DNA from: Ylistrum balloti
Taxonomy: Eukaryota
Assembly (NCBI RefSeq): GCF_031769215.1
Contig: NW_026781965.1
Span: forward strand, 2,666,001 to 2,730,000
Reading direction: 5' to 3'
Length of the DNA: 64,000 nt
Part shown: positions 13,316-25,413 of the stretch, piece by piece
Layout of the letters: every line of letters starts with the position of its first letter
Numbering within the stretch: position 1 is the stretch's first letter
Notes under the pieces: generated by a model
What the model was told of the DNA's origin: nothing
The model's input: the letters and a program-made list of their open reading frames with translations, nothing else
The model's database searches: none
Translations under genes and position numbers: made by a program

Positions 13316-15090
13316 CGTTTGTTCTAGTACATAAGGGAAATAACTCGTATTCATTACTAGTAACATGGGGGTATCTGCTTAATGCAATCACGAAAAAATG
13401 ATGTTTTGACACTTGAAAAAATTGATTGATTGTAGTGGGGACCGTTACATACGTCCCCCAAATACCTCCACAGTCATTATCAATGTAAATAGTATCTATT
13501 TAAGATTGATACGAAATGCGATGAAAATTGAACAAAATTTAAATTTCACCACATTAGTCGTCTGCCATTGAGGAGAATGAGAATGTCTTACGTTAATCGT
13601 AACAAAAAGATAAGGACGGCCATGCTATTTTAAACTTGGGATACACATATTATATGTTTATGCATTCAAAACCCGGTGAAATTAACAAATTGTTAAAGAT
13701 GATGATTCTAACGGATGTATACCACAAATATGATGGCTAGTAAAGAGCTGTCTTTCCACATTCAATTTCTTAAACACTAAGCCGTTTTCTTGACTGTATG
13801 TCTGTTCTCTAAAGAAAGTGTTTTTATTATCTGATAAAGAAGACCATTATACGCATGTACATGTGTCAACAAACTCCATAAAAATCCAATTTCGATATTA
13901 GAGTAGATGAAAGTTCCTGCGGCTTATAGACCGTGTAAAGGAATAACCATATCTATGAAAACGAGCCAAGAAAGACACCGGTAGACTATTGATACAACAT
14001 ATATTTTTTATTCAGTTTTGAAAGAAGGATACATTTGCATATTGACGGCTGAAGACGCGTTTGAAGTATATAATTAGTATTCATAACGATTAACTTACAT
14101 GTCAGATCAAATCAAAGCATAAAATCAGTTCAAGGGTAAACTTAACATTTAACAAATATACTGTGTACTTCATGTCAATCATGTAGATTTTGATATGTAT
14201 TGTGTTCACAAAATATGTATGTCCAAATAAGATTAACTGTGTTGTTATTTATCTGTTTCGACTGATTACGTTCTTAGGTTAAGCATTTTAGAAGGTGAGT
14301 TTTACTTAACACAGAAGACATTTATCTGCTTAGATATACGGTAATTAAGTTATTAATTACAATAAATAGGCCGACGTACTATCGTTCCGATTAAAAACAT
14401 ACCTTGATCTCCCTATGTAGCGGAGCGAAGTTTACGAAACGGGAGCGATGATCAAAATCTATTTTTAATTTTATTGACATGTTATTAATGTCACTCACTT
14501 AGATTTTAATGTGGAGTTAGAATTTGTTAATATCATTTAGTAACATTTGTAAATAAACGTATCATAAAACAATTTATTTTCACTGGCCTATATTTTTGAG
14601 CTGTTGTTAATATTGATCCCGAGTTGAAACTTAACAAACGAAATAGTTTGTTCATTCGCCCTGTTTTTTTTATCTAAATGTTTCAAACAGTAGCATATTT
14701 GTCATACCACTAAAATTCAAGTCTTAAGTTTGTGATGTAATTCTCATTAAAGCGATAATTAATGTACATTTCATATACAACACACAATTAGTATGCACTC
14801 CCTGCATATTACTTAAGATCTTATGAATATTTATAATATCGAAACTTATTTTATGTACATTCACTTTACCAAATGGCATGTGATATCATAGACTTCAAGT
14901 CTTACTGAATGATAACACTAAGATCAATAGAACTTACTATATGCCTTCTATACAAGTCCTTGTAAAATCATTTAGAGGGTACCTGTTTACATTATTATAA
15001 CTCTATATAGATAACAAATGATATGATTATGGTTTGTGTGAGTTTCATTCACCGGTGAGCCACTATTTTGTAGTTGATACCGCTGTGGGT

Positions 15091-16398
15091 TTATAACTTG
15101 ACGCCCCTCACCTCCTCATCGTCGCCGTACCCTATCCGGACCACCGATCTCAAACGGTTTGATTCAGGCTCGTTTTCTTTACCTATGCTTTCACTGTTTA
15201 CGGCAGGGATGCTGTTTTTGATGGGTGATTTGATACCATTAGGACTTAAATCCTTCGATCTTTCTCGAACTCTATTTTCTCGGAGGTCCCCTAGAGATCG
15301 GGTGTGAACTCCATAATGTCTAACATTCGCCTTACTTTCGTTAATAAAGGAGCGGCGAATACCATAGGAGGCATATTGGATTGGCGTTGGGATGTTGGCG
15401 ATACTTTTTGGACGTATAAAATGATGATTTGTCGCTGCTGGTTTAGACCTTGGTTCAGTAATTACAAAATTACGTCCACGGACCGGGTATCCGCTGTTGT
15501 TTATGCTACGAATATTAAGTGGAAGATTACCTCTTCTGATGCCATTTCCATTAAGTGGATGTCCACTGACGTGATATTCGCCATTAGTGGCGTTACGTCC
15601 ATGTCCATTTTCAGATCGTTCATTCTTCCTTTTCTTTCCATCATGGTAAAATCCTTCAGCTAACCCAGTTGGGTCTTGGAAGTTACTATTAATGATACCG
15701 GTTTTGCTTGCATGAGAACCTTTCTTTTTCAACATGGCGTCTGTAGAACCAAAATGAGAGATCTCATCCTCAACCTCCTTACATTCGTCTGCACTATGTT
15801 TCCTTGAACAACAAGGTAAATTGAAACATAGGATGCCCAAACGGTAGGTCAACAGGAGCACGACAATTATATTCTTAAGCACGAAAAAAACCAAACTGTA
15901 CGTTAGCAGTTGTAAATAGAAGATGATAAAGAGTCGGAGAGCCAAGAACGGTCCGTCTTGTAAAAACAATCCGGCAAATGTGACGAAAATGTCGGGGAAC
16001 TGGTCCCCACAACAGGCACAAACATAACTGTTACTCTTGTTTCTCCTATCTTTCGTATTTGTATAGTCTCTAACCGAGTGGACAGCCCGTCTGTTCATCA
16101 CGACTGGTATAAACTGTATGAAGCTGACAGACCAAATCACCAATATAGCATAGGTTATCATGGTGTTGCCTCGGATTAAATCCTCGTCGAATAATGCAAA
16201 TAGTTCCATGATGTCTGACGCCATGGCCAGGTAATCAAAAAGGAGGTCGGCAAGTTCCTCACGGGTGACCCTTCCCCTGGGTAAAAGCCACCGACCAATT
16301 ACAATTAAGTACACCAGTGACTCCTCCACGATTACCACCCACGTGTCAGCTGTAAAACTGTCCAAAAGGCTCTCAATGTTCGCTATTATCCCTCCGGG
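15091..16398 (-). CDS. TMEM26: TMEM26-like multi-pass membrane protein, last coding exon
   Basis: Family motifs IGRWLLPRG, YAILVIWSVSFIQF and FLQDGPFLALRL...LVFFVLKN...YRL match the TMEM26 family as I know it. Acceptor ttccatag|CCC at 16399 is phase 0 and in frame with the tracked ORF; stop at 15091-15093. Confidence 0.88.
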   Translation of the reverse strand, partial: PGGIIANIESLLDSFTADTWVVIVEESLVYLIVIGRWLLPRGRVTREELADLLFDYLAMASDIMELFALFDEDLIRGNTMITYAILVIWSVSFIQFIPVVMNRRAVHSVRDYTNTKDRRNKSNSYVCACCGDQFPDIFVTFAGLFLQDGPFLALRLFIIFYLQLLTYSLVFFVLKNIIVVLLLTYRLGILCFNLPCCSRKHSADECKEVEDEISHFGSTDAMLKKKGSHASKTGIINSNFQDPTGLAEGFYHDGKKRKNERSENGHGRNATNGEYHVSGHPLNGNGIRRGNLPLNIRSINNSGYPVRGRNFVITEPRSKPAATNHHFIRPKSIANIPTPIQYASYGIRRSFINESKANVRHYGVHTRSLGDLRENRVRERSKDLSPNGIKSPIKNSIPAVNSESIGKENEPESNRLRSVVRIGYGDDEEVRGVKL

Positions 16399-16979
16399 CT
16401 ATGGAAGAATAGAAAAAAAATATGTGAAAATATACCAACTCTATTCAGTTTAAAATGTGTAAAACTGATACCAACATTCCTTCACATCTTAATGTTATAT
16501 ACATAACTTCTTAGATATCTACAGTTCTGGCTTAAATTTTGGTCAGTAAAGCTGAAATACGTTTTTTGTTCTATTTTGATGATTAACACCTAGCTATGTT
16601 AACTTCTGAATACAGTTTAATCAAACCTTTAGTTTCAATAAATTTTGTACACGATAGAGAGGTTACTATCTCTTTCTAAGGGGCCGCTTAAAACAAAAAC
16701 GAAAACAAAACTGATAATATTCACATATATAATTTAATATATACGGAGAGGAAAAAGAAATGCAATTAGCATAAAGTTAATATTGTAAATAAAATCCTTG
16801 ACGTACACCCTTGAAACTTGACAAATGTGTGCACGCCGCTTGTACAAAAGAATAAGAGACAAAAGCACAATATATCTCGAACCCAGTACGAAGAATTGGT
16901 TCAAAATCTGTGTGTGCGAATCTTCAGACATATCCGTCTTGATTTCCCAAATTTTAAGCATAAACAGTTCACCGTAAAA

Positions 16980-17426
16980 ATGCCACGACTGTCCGAAGTT
17001 GACAGGGGTCGTGCCATTGCACTTCTTATGCAAGGTACCCCGCAAAATCAGGTCGCTAATCAATTTGGAGTCCATCCATCGAACATTTGCCGTCTCATCC
17101 AAAGACTACAGGCCACCGGAAGGGTTGCAAACCGTCCCCGAAGCGGTCGCCCTCGTGTGACGACGCGTCAGCAGGATAGGACAATGCGACTTTCACACTT
17201 ACGCAATCGCTTTCTGACGGCCACGGAAACAGCAAGGAACACAATTGGGCGACATCATGTTCCAATTGATGACAGTGCGTACTCGACTTCGTGTCTTCGG
17301 TCTAAGACCGCGGCGGCCATATGTTGGACCACTGCTTGATGCGCGGCGAAGTGCCAGACAAATGCAAGTACTGAACGCACATTCCGTAAGATGCTTCCCA
17401 ATGCAACGTTGGAGAAGGGTCCTAAT
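16980..17426 (+). pseudogene. Tc1 transposase, N-terminal part (paired-like HTH, GRPR motif), frameshifted near 17270
   Basis: MPRLSEVDRGRAIALL...RSGRPRVTT...; shifts frame to TVRTRL...WRRVLI, then is cut by the LTR element. Confidence 0.92.
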
Positions 17427-17581
17427 TGTTACATATATGTGGGTGTAGATCCGGAATGTCGTTTTATGTATTACGCTATCCTGGCGTATGAATAGGAGAT
17501 GTACAATAAAATGGTAGTTCCTGTCTGGTGTCGTTTGTACACAGCTCCTAAAGTATACCCACTTTGACAGAATACACAACA
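17427..17581 (+). repeat. 5' LTR (155 bp)
   Basis: TGTTACA...CACAACA; matches the 3' LTR except for 2 substitutions and a 15-bp gap. Confidence 0.95.
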
Positions 17582-17584
17582 TAT

Positions 17585-17599
17585 TGGCGACAAGGATGG
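17585..17599 (+). promoter_or_regulatory. primer-binding site, probably tRNA-Ser(GCT)
   Basis: TGGCGACAAGGATGG starts 3 nt after the LTR. It differs by one base from the complement of the animal tRNA-Ser(GCT) 3' end (...CCATCCTCGTCGCCA), recalled from memory. Confidence 0.75.
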
Positions 17600-17763
17600 C
17601 CGTTACGACATAACAGTAACAGTATCATGCATTGAAATTCGCCATCACAGTCAACAGAAGGTCAGTTTCGCCCTGTTTTAATTGTGAAGCTTACACCACG
17701 TGGTTCGTTCGCTAGATCAACGGGGGCCTGTGAACTCGATAAACTTTTGTTACTGGTATAACA

Positions 17764-20700
17764 ATGGCAGGTCGCATAGGTCGATTAGAATCATTCGACG
17801 CCGACACGGAGTCGTGGGAGTCCTACAGTGAAAGACTAGGTCAATATTTTCTTGTAAACGAAAGATAAAAGATGAAAAACAAGTTCCGGCGCTACTCAGT
17901 CTGATTGGAGGAAGGACATACAATGTGTTACGAGACCTAACTGCAACGGACAGGCCAGCGACAAAAACATTTAATGAACTGGTGGCGATATTAAAGAATC
18001 ATCTGTCCCCAAAACCCTTACTTATCGCTGAAAGGTTCCGCTTTCATAAGCGTGATCAGAAGGAGGGAGAAAGTGTAAGAGATTATGTAGCTCAATTACG
18101 AAAATTATCGGAGCACTGTGAATTTGGAGTCGTGTTGATGGAGTCACTGAGGGACCGGTTCGTTTGCGGGTTGAAGAATGAGGCAGTTCAGAAAAAGTTG
18201 CTGTCGGAAAAAGATTTAAGTTTTGATAAAGCTGTGGATATTGCAGTGGCCATGGAAACCGCCGCACGGGATGCGGTTGAATTACAAGCGAAACACAAGG
18301 GTCTGAGTGTACATAGCCTGAAATCAAAGAATCCAAAGTTCAGCTCTAGAAATCAGAAATCATCACAGCAAAACAAACCCAAGGTGAGTTCACACGAGAA
18401 GCCGTGTTATCGATGCACACGTCCAGGACATGATCCTCAAAAATGTTTCTTCAAAAATGAAAAATGTAACCAGTGTGGAAAAGTAGGTCACATTAAAAAG
18501 GCGTGTCGGCGTGAGGTACACACAGAGAAAAATGGGAAGAAAGTACACTCTCTAGATGACCAGTATTATGAATATGGTGACATTGTAAGTGACATATACA
18601 CGGTACATGATACACAGTCCCCAGGTCCTTATTGGGTAAAGCCCAGAGTAGATGGGACACCACTACGGATGGAACTGGACACCGGTTCAGCAGTGTCAGT
18701 AATCCGGAAACAGGATTTAGTGGAGCATTTTGGGAAAGTTACATTAAACCCCACCACAAAGGTATTCAAGACCTATTCAGGTGAGACTATCACTCCGATT
18801 GGGGTAAAGGAAGTCAAAGTACACATCAACAACCAAATAAGTGATCTTCCTCTGTACGTTGTGGAGCGCGGTGGACCTCCTCCATCGTTCGGAAGGAGTT
18901 GGCTAAGTGAACTAAAACTGAACTGGGCAGAAATACATGCAGTTTCGGCAGTGTCAGACCGTAGTAACCGTGCTGATTCAGTAAAATCCATTCTCCAGAG
19001 ATACGCGGAGGTGTTTGAACCTAATCTCGGTACAGTAAAGAATATTCAGGCCAGGTTCATATTAAAGGAGGATAGTCAACCCAAGTTCATGAAAGCGAGG
19101 CCCGTGCCTTTCTCTCTTAGGCCAGCTGTGGACAAGGAACTTGATAGACTTGTTAACCTAGGTATACTTACACCGGTTGATCATAGTAGCTATGCTACTA
19201 CCATTGTAGTAGTGCCCAAGAAAGATGGGTCGGACCGCATTTGTGGGGATTTCAAAACTACTGTTAACTCAATGATTGTGATTGACAAGTATCCTTTGCC
19301 TAAGATTGAAGACATATTTGCGAATCTGTCTGGGGTTCAGCACTTTACTAAAATTGACCTGAAGAACGCCTATCTACAAATGGAGGTTGTTGAGGAACAG
19401 AGACCACTGCTGACAATTAATACACACCGAGGATTGTTCCGCTACAACAGATTAGTGTTTGGTATCGCTGCAGCGCCAGCAATTTGGCAGCGCACTATGG
19501 AGCAGATCCTACAAGGCATCCCAGGTGTCCAATGTATAATTGACGATATGATAATTACAGGACGCACTGAGGAGGAACATCTACAGAACCTGGGTAGTGT
19601 ACTAGGTAGACTTCAGAAGTATGGATTAAAAGCAAACATTGAGAAATGTGACATTTTTAAAGACAAGATAGAGTTCTGTGGCCATGTCATCAATGCGGGA
19701 GGCTTACACAAGACTCAGGAGAAAATCAAAGCTGTTGTTGAGGCAGCAGTACCAGAAAATGTCTCGCAGCTCAGAGCCTTTTTGGGCCTGGTCAATTACT
19801 ATGGAAAGTTCCTACATAACTTGGCATCAACTCTAAGACCCTTACATAAACTGTTGGAGAAGAATGCACCATGGGTGTGGTCTAGGGAGGTGTCAACAGG
19901 CCTTTGTCAAGGTAAAGGAACAGATGACATCAGAGCAGGTCTTAGCTCATTATGACCCAAACCTACCTGTTTCCATAGCTTGTGATGCCTCGCCATACGG
20001 CTTGGGTGCAGTCCTGTCTCATGTCATGCCGAGTGGCGCTGAACGCCCGATCGCGTTTGCTTCGCGCACGTGAAATCCAGCGGAGAGAAATTATTCCCAA
20101 ATTGATAAGGAAGCTTTGGCTATAATTTGGGGAATTAAACATTTTAACGCTTACCTATATGGGAGACATTTCACACTAATCACAGACCATCAGCCATTAG
20201 TCTCTATTTTTGGTCCGTCGAAAGGAATGTCTGTTAGCGCGTCAGCACGCATGCAGAGATATGCAGTTTTCCTATCGGGTTATACTTACTCCATACAATA
20301 CAAGAACACTAAGCTGCATGGGAATGCAGATGGGCTATCACGTCTTCCGTTAAAATCTGCTCGGACACAGAGTGAACGAGAGATTTTAGATGAGTCACAC
20401 CTGTTCCAAGTTTCCCAGATTGAAACATTACCTGTTTCAGCTTCAGATATTGTGAAAGGGATCAGAAAGAGCCCAACTCTTTGTAAAGTGTTGAATGACG
20501 TTTTACACGGGTGGTCACAGGAGGACAAAGCAGCATTACCCTTTTATGACCGACGGAATGATATTACCGTTCAACAAGGCATTCTGCTGTGGGGAATTAG
20601 AGTGATAATTCCAGAAGAACTGCAACCTCGAGTCCTAGAGGAACTCCACTCAGGACATCCGGGAATTGTCAAGATGAAAGCTCTCGCCAGGAGTCATGTA

Positions 20701-21744
20701 TGGTGGCCATGGATTGACAAGGATCTTGATCAGCTCGCTAAGAACTGTAATGGTTGTCAGGGTAACAGAAACACAGCAAAAGAGGCGCCAGTTCACCCAT
20801 GGGAATTCCCCATGACACCTTGGCAAAGGATCCATGTGGATTTTGCTGGACCCTTCCTAAACAGTATGTTCTTGGTAGTGGTGGACGCCCACTCCAAGTG
20901 GCCCGAGGTCGTTCAGATGGGTTCTACAACAGCCTCAAAGACCATTGAAGTGCTACGGTGTATTTTCGCCAGAAATGGAATCCCTCAGCAACTAGTGAGT
21001 GATAATGGACCGCAATTTGTTTCTTCTGAGTTTCAAGATTTCATGCGTGGAAATGGGATCCATCACATTACATCGGCACCATATCATCCAAGGACGAACG
21101 GACTCGCGGAAAGGTTTGTTCAGACTTTCAAACAGGGACTAAAGTCAGCATTGAAGGATAACGGGTCGATACAGAGGAAACTACAATGTTTTCTGATGTC
21201 CTATAGGAACACGCCCCAATCTACTACAGGAGAGACACCTGCAAGCCTATTCATGGGTAGGAATTTACGGACAAGGTTGGACTTGCTACGGCCTAACTTG
21301 AAGGAGAGAGTGGAAAAGGCGCAAGCTCGAATGTGTAAGGACAGCAATCTGGGTAAAACTAGGAGTTTTGAAGTTGGTGACTAAGTCCAAGTAAGGGATT
21401 ACAGAGGAGATACCAAATGGGCACATGGAATTGTAAACGCAACAACAGGTCCCATTTCATACAAAGTGGAAACATCACCAGGACAGGTCTGGAGACGCCA
21501 CACCGATCAAATTCTGGGGTCGGTCCCTAAGGATGTATCCGAGAACCCATTGGTGGAGCATCTCGTAGAGGCTGATATGGTGATTGCCAAGCCTACAACC
21601 GTGACAAACTCCAGTGTTCCCCAGGATGTTGGTAAAGTAAACAGCCCAAAGGACTCAAGCAAGAAAGCGTCACCTATGACAAGGGTTGAACATCGGTACC
21701 CCGTGAGAACTAATCGGAGAGCACCGGTTAGGTTAGATTTGTAG
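17764..21744 (+). pseudogene. disrupted single gag-pol ORF
   Basis: Gag starts MAGRIGRLESFD and has two CCHC knuckles (CYRCTRPGHDPQKC, CNQCGKVGHIKKAC). Protease LDTGS; RT KIDLKNAY and IIDD; RNase H CDAS; integrase HHCC plus VDFAGP/SDNG/AER. Frameshifts near 17865 and 19890; premature stops at 20071-20073 and 21382-21384. Confidence 0.95.
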
Positions 21745-22028
21745 GGTCAGATCATGGTGTGTACGGGCATAATAATCATGTGTGATCTGCAGAGCCCCAG
21801 GGCTCTACGCAAGTTTCTTTGTTAATCTAGTCAGTTAGCGTAATTCTCATTTATTGTTTCTAGTCAAGTAGCTAGTTGTTTTTAGTTTAACCGTTGTGAT
21901 AATCTTGACTGACTGAAATAAGAAGATGTAAGACTGGTCAGTGGTGAAAGTTGCTTTATTCATTTTTATAAAAAAAAAAAAATGAACGTGACATTTGTTC
22001 AATTTTCAAATTAACTGTCTTCAGAACT

Positions 22029-22041
22029 AAAAGGGGAGGAG
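22029..22041 (+). promoter_or_regulatory. polypurine tract
   Basis: AAAAGGGGAGGAG immediately before the 3' LTR. Confidence 0.9.
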
Positions 22042-22211
22042 TGTTACATATATGTGGGTGTAGATCCGGAATGTCGTTTTATATATTACACTATCCTGGC
22101 GTATGAATAGGAGATGTACAATAAAATGGTAGTTCCTGAAATGGCCGCCACTGTCTGGTGTCGTTTGTACACAGCTCCTAAAGTATACCCACTTTGACAG
22201 AATACACAACA
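22042..22211 (+). repeat. 3' LTR (170 bp)
   Basis: Same as the 5' LTR plus GAAATGGCCGCCACT. Confidence 0.95.
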
Positions 22212-22216
22212 CTAAT

Positions 22217-22836
22217 CTTAGATGAGTCCAGGTTTTCGCTGTACCGGGCAGACGGCCGACGTCGTGTCTATAGACGTACCCACGAGCGCTATGCAGATGC
22301 TTACGTGATAGAGAATGACCGCTTTGGAGGAGGATCGGTCATGGGGAGGGATCGCGCATGGTATCAAGACTCCACTGGTCGTTATTCAGGGAAATCTCAC
22401 GGCCGTCTGCTATAGAGATCAAGTCCTAGCGCCTCATGTTCTTACTCTAGTACAGCAGCGTCAACTAACGTTTCAGCAGGACAACGCTCGGCCGCATGTA
22501 GCGAGGGTATGCCGTGGTTATCTCGCAGCAAACAATGTCCCCACCCTAGACTGGCTCCCATACAGCCCTGACCTCTCCCCAATAGAACATTTATGGGACG
22601 AGTTGGACAGAAGGATAAAACGTAGGCCGAATCCTCCAATCAACGTCGCTCAGCTGGCGTTGGCGCTGGATGAGGAATGGAATCGTATACCAATGAGGAG
22701 GGTTAATGCCCCGATCAATTCAATGCACAAAAGAGTTCGTGCAGTTACTGCAGCTCGCGGGGGGGGGAGGGGGGGGGGGGGCACACACTACATTGATGGG
22801 TCCAGAAAGCACTTCATTTTGAGTGGGTACTCTTGA
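22217..22836 (+). pseudogene. Tc1 transposase, catalytic part (DD34E), frameshifted near 22342
   Basis: DESRF...GGGSVM/WGG...QQDNARPH...SPDLSPIEHLW; 34 residues counted between D and E. Removing the LTR element and one TSD restores WRRVLILDESRF in frame. Confidence 0.93.
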
Positions 22837-23819
22837 ATCAACGTCAAATTAAAAAGGTTTACTTACCGTACACGAATGAAATTCTCGTAGATGACAGAGT
22901 GGTCAACTATCTTCTAGTTACACCATAATTACATTCTAAAACCCTTTTCTATTTCCCGTAGTTGACCTGGAAATTCCTAATCGCGTTTCTTTTTCCTCTC
23001 AGTATAATTGAGCACATTAAAATTTCTTTCTTTTCTATGATTCCTCTTAACATTCGAAAGACGAAGACTGCGATAAAAAGTGTTACGATAATAGAATAAT
23101 TTTGATTGTACCAAAACATTTTGATCATAGTCTAACATCATTATGGTATGATTAACTTTGTGAAAAACTCCACAAAGCTAACAAAGTTGAAGTCAGTATC
23201 TATTTCTCGTGTAGATAAGATAAAAAGGATTCGTTGCATCCTGAGTATAAAAAAGATGTATTCAGAAAGAAATCCATTGTTCTGTATCATGCTACAGACT
23301 TGTTTAGCAGGTTTTGTAAAAGCTTACACGGAGCGACGATGAATATTACAAAGACAAATATTTAAACTTGCACTAGCAAGTTCCTGTTCGTCTGTATTAT
23401 GTTCGACTAGTTTGTTAAACTCCAACCAGAAAAAGTCAAGTATGTATTCAATACATTCAGCTGTAAGGTACTGAGAAGGGGTGTATAGATTAGTAACTCC
23501 CGAGGAGCTCCATCTGAGACCCCTTTTAAGTGTACTGGAAGACTAAATATGATTGTAGGACTACATAGCGAGCGTACAATTAGATATTATGATATTATAA
23601 AGGTTTGCATTATCACTAACACAACACTACATTCTCATCACGCATACCAAGGTGAACTGTCTTTGTGGAATGAATAAATCATCCAAACACAATTTTCGTG
23701 ACATATAATTATATGAATATCAGTTACAAATCTACCTAGTAAAATGGGAAACATATTTTTAAAACAAAGTTGAAACATAATACACATAACGACAACAAAC
23801 ATTTACAAGGCAACTTTAC

Positions 23820-24210
23820 CGTAGTTGTTGTCATAGAAACGGTAGACGTGAGCAGCTCAGTGACGTTGACGGGCAATGGAGTAGTGGTCATAGAAGTGTT
23901 CATCGTGCCCAAGGTATGAGATGTGACGGCAGACATGGTGACGTTCATAATGTCCGAATTGTTGGAAGTGGTAGTTGCCATGGTAACCGTCTCGTTACTG
24001 ATCCGTGTACTGGAAATAACAGTCGAAGCAGTGGTCAGTGACGATGTTACTACACTGGTCACTGACTGGACACCAGAGGGAGTCAAAGTGACATTAGCGA
24101 TAGTAGCGATTCTAGTCTGACTTTCCATGTATTTTTTCATCTGAGATATCTCCAGCAACCATATAGAAGGTAATGTTATGATCAGGTAGATGGCGAAACA
24201 CGGACACAAC
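23820..24210 (-). CDS. TMEM26: TMEM26-like, coding exon 2 (TM segment plus Thr/Ser-rich loop)
   Basis: Acceptor tttcag|G at 24211 completes a split Trp codon (TG|G), giving WLCPCFAIYLIITLPSIWLLE. Donor ACG|gtaaag at 23819 is phase 0, matching the last exon. Confidence 0.85.
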
Positions 24211-24392
24211 CTGAAACAGATCCGATACATAGTCAAACCTCCACTGCATTTGTCAACATCAGAGTTCTATCATGATAAATATACCTTGTAGACCCGAATT
24301 AATCTGTATTAAATGTAGTATTGTTCTGATATGTCTAGATAGTGACAATGATACATGAATTAAATCTAACAGAAGTCATTATTTATTTCAAT

Positions 24393-24465
24393 GCCTCTGC
24401 CAGGATTTGAGCCCGGGACCTCTAGCTTACTAATCTGACGCTCTACCGATCGAGCTAAAGTTCCC
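24393..24465 (-). other. tRNA-derived pseudogene or SINE head (Thr-AGT-like loop) in intron 1
   Basis: Reverse strand GGGAACTTTAGCTCGATCGGTAGAGCGTCAGATTAGTAAGCTAGAGGTCCCGGGCTCAAATCCTGGCAGAGGC has A-box, T-arm and degenerate B-box. The acceptor and anticodon stems do not pair. Confidence 0.65.
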
Positions 24466-24539
24466 TGTGACCGAGCGGTATGTTGCGTGCAGTGTTTTAC
24501 CACGGGTACATAAACAAAACGTTTGATTTTATAACTTAC

Positions 24540-24748
24540 CACTTCCACTCTATACCCTTGTTAACTCGGATGGTAATATATCCCTCCAGGCCAACTAATA
24601 ACACTCCTAGTGACATTAACCAGTAGTGAAGGTCATTCCAGGCCAAGGTCACTCGCCATGTTGCCAATATTGTGTGAAGCACCAGTAGAAGTCGGACGAA
24701 AATTGCCATAGCAACTGTCGAGAGGTGTGTCTTCGACTTGTTCTTCAT
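24540..24748 (-). CDS. TMEM26: TMEM26-like, first coding exon
   Basis: ATG at 24748; AIFVRLLLVLHTILATWRV...YWL...LEGYITIRVNKGIEWKW fits the TMEM26 N-terminus. Donor TG|gtaagt at 24539. The three exons total 1908 nt, or 635 aa. Confidence 0.87.
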
Positions 24749-25261
24749 TTCTTTATCGGCAAATCAAAGTAAAACAGAACACTAAGCACATCAAATACTG
24801 TAATATAGATTTATTTTTAGAAAATTGACGCATTCTAGGAACAAAGCACAAACTAGAACATGTGTATAAGTGAATTATATAACAGCGTATCTCGATAAAA
24901 ACACTGTCATTTGTCTATTTATTTACTTTGCAAAAATTGCAAAAAAAAAAATTATGAAAAAGATATAAATAGAAGTTAATTGGTGTTTTTGTGCACGTTT
25001 TAGACAAGTATGAATAGAAACACTCACTAAAGTCTGGTTCACACGGCTATCATATCGTTAAGTAATCTAGACACAGATACAAAATATATCATTGTCAAAA
25101 ATTCGGGTAATATTGCATGTATACTGGCTTCAAGTTATCGCATGATATCGCTAAGTAATCTAGACAGAGAAACGAAATGTATCATTAAAAATGTCAAAGG
25201 CTAGGGTAACAAGGAATGCAAAGTGGCTCCAAGACATCCATATCTCTCTTTCATCCCTTAC

Positions 25262-25413
25262 CAATGGTCAAGTGCTGATCTCACGAGATATTCACAAAGT
25301 CAACTCTGACGAGGCGGTCAACCACTGGATCGGCCCTTTCCCTGTACGAAACTGTGGTGGAACGGCGGAACTATTAGAGTTGCCCAGTGTTTCTCGTCAC
25401 CGTGAAGCAGAGC
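25262..25413 (-). other. putative non-coding 5'-UTR exon of the TMEM26-like gene
   Basis: GC-richer 152-nt block bounded by tattctctcag| and |gtaagg; no ATG, and stops in all three frames. Confidence 0.4.

Larger units (their letters stand above)
17427..22211 (+). mobile_element. Ty3/Gypsy LTR retrotransposon (Mag-like layout), full length but dead
   Basis: Two TG...CA LTRs, PBS, PPT and a 5-bp TSD CTAAT (17422-17426 and 22212-22216). Domain order PR-RT-RNaseH-IN. Confidence 0.96.
16744..23002 (+). mobile_element. Tc1-family (DD34E) DNA transposon, about 1.47 kb without the nested insertion, inactive
   Basis: 26-bp TIRs (16744 CGGAGAGGAAAAAGAAATGCAATTAG; 22977-23002 reverse complement CTGAGAGGAAAAAGAAACGCGATTAG; 3 mismatches) flanked by TA on both sides. 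Confidence 0.93.
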
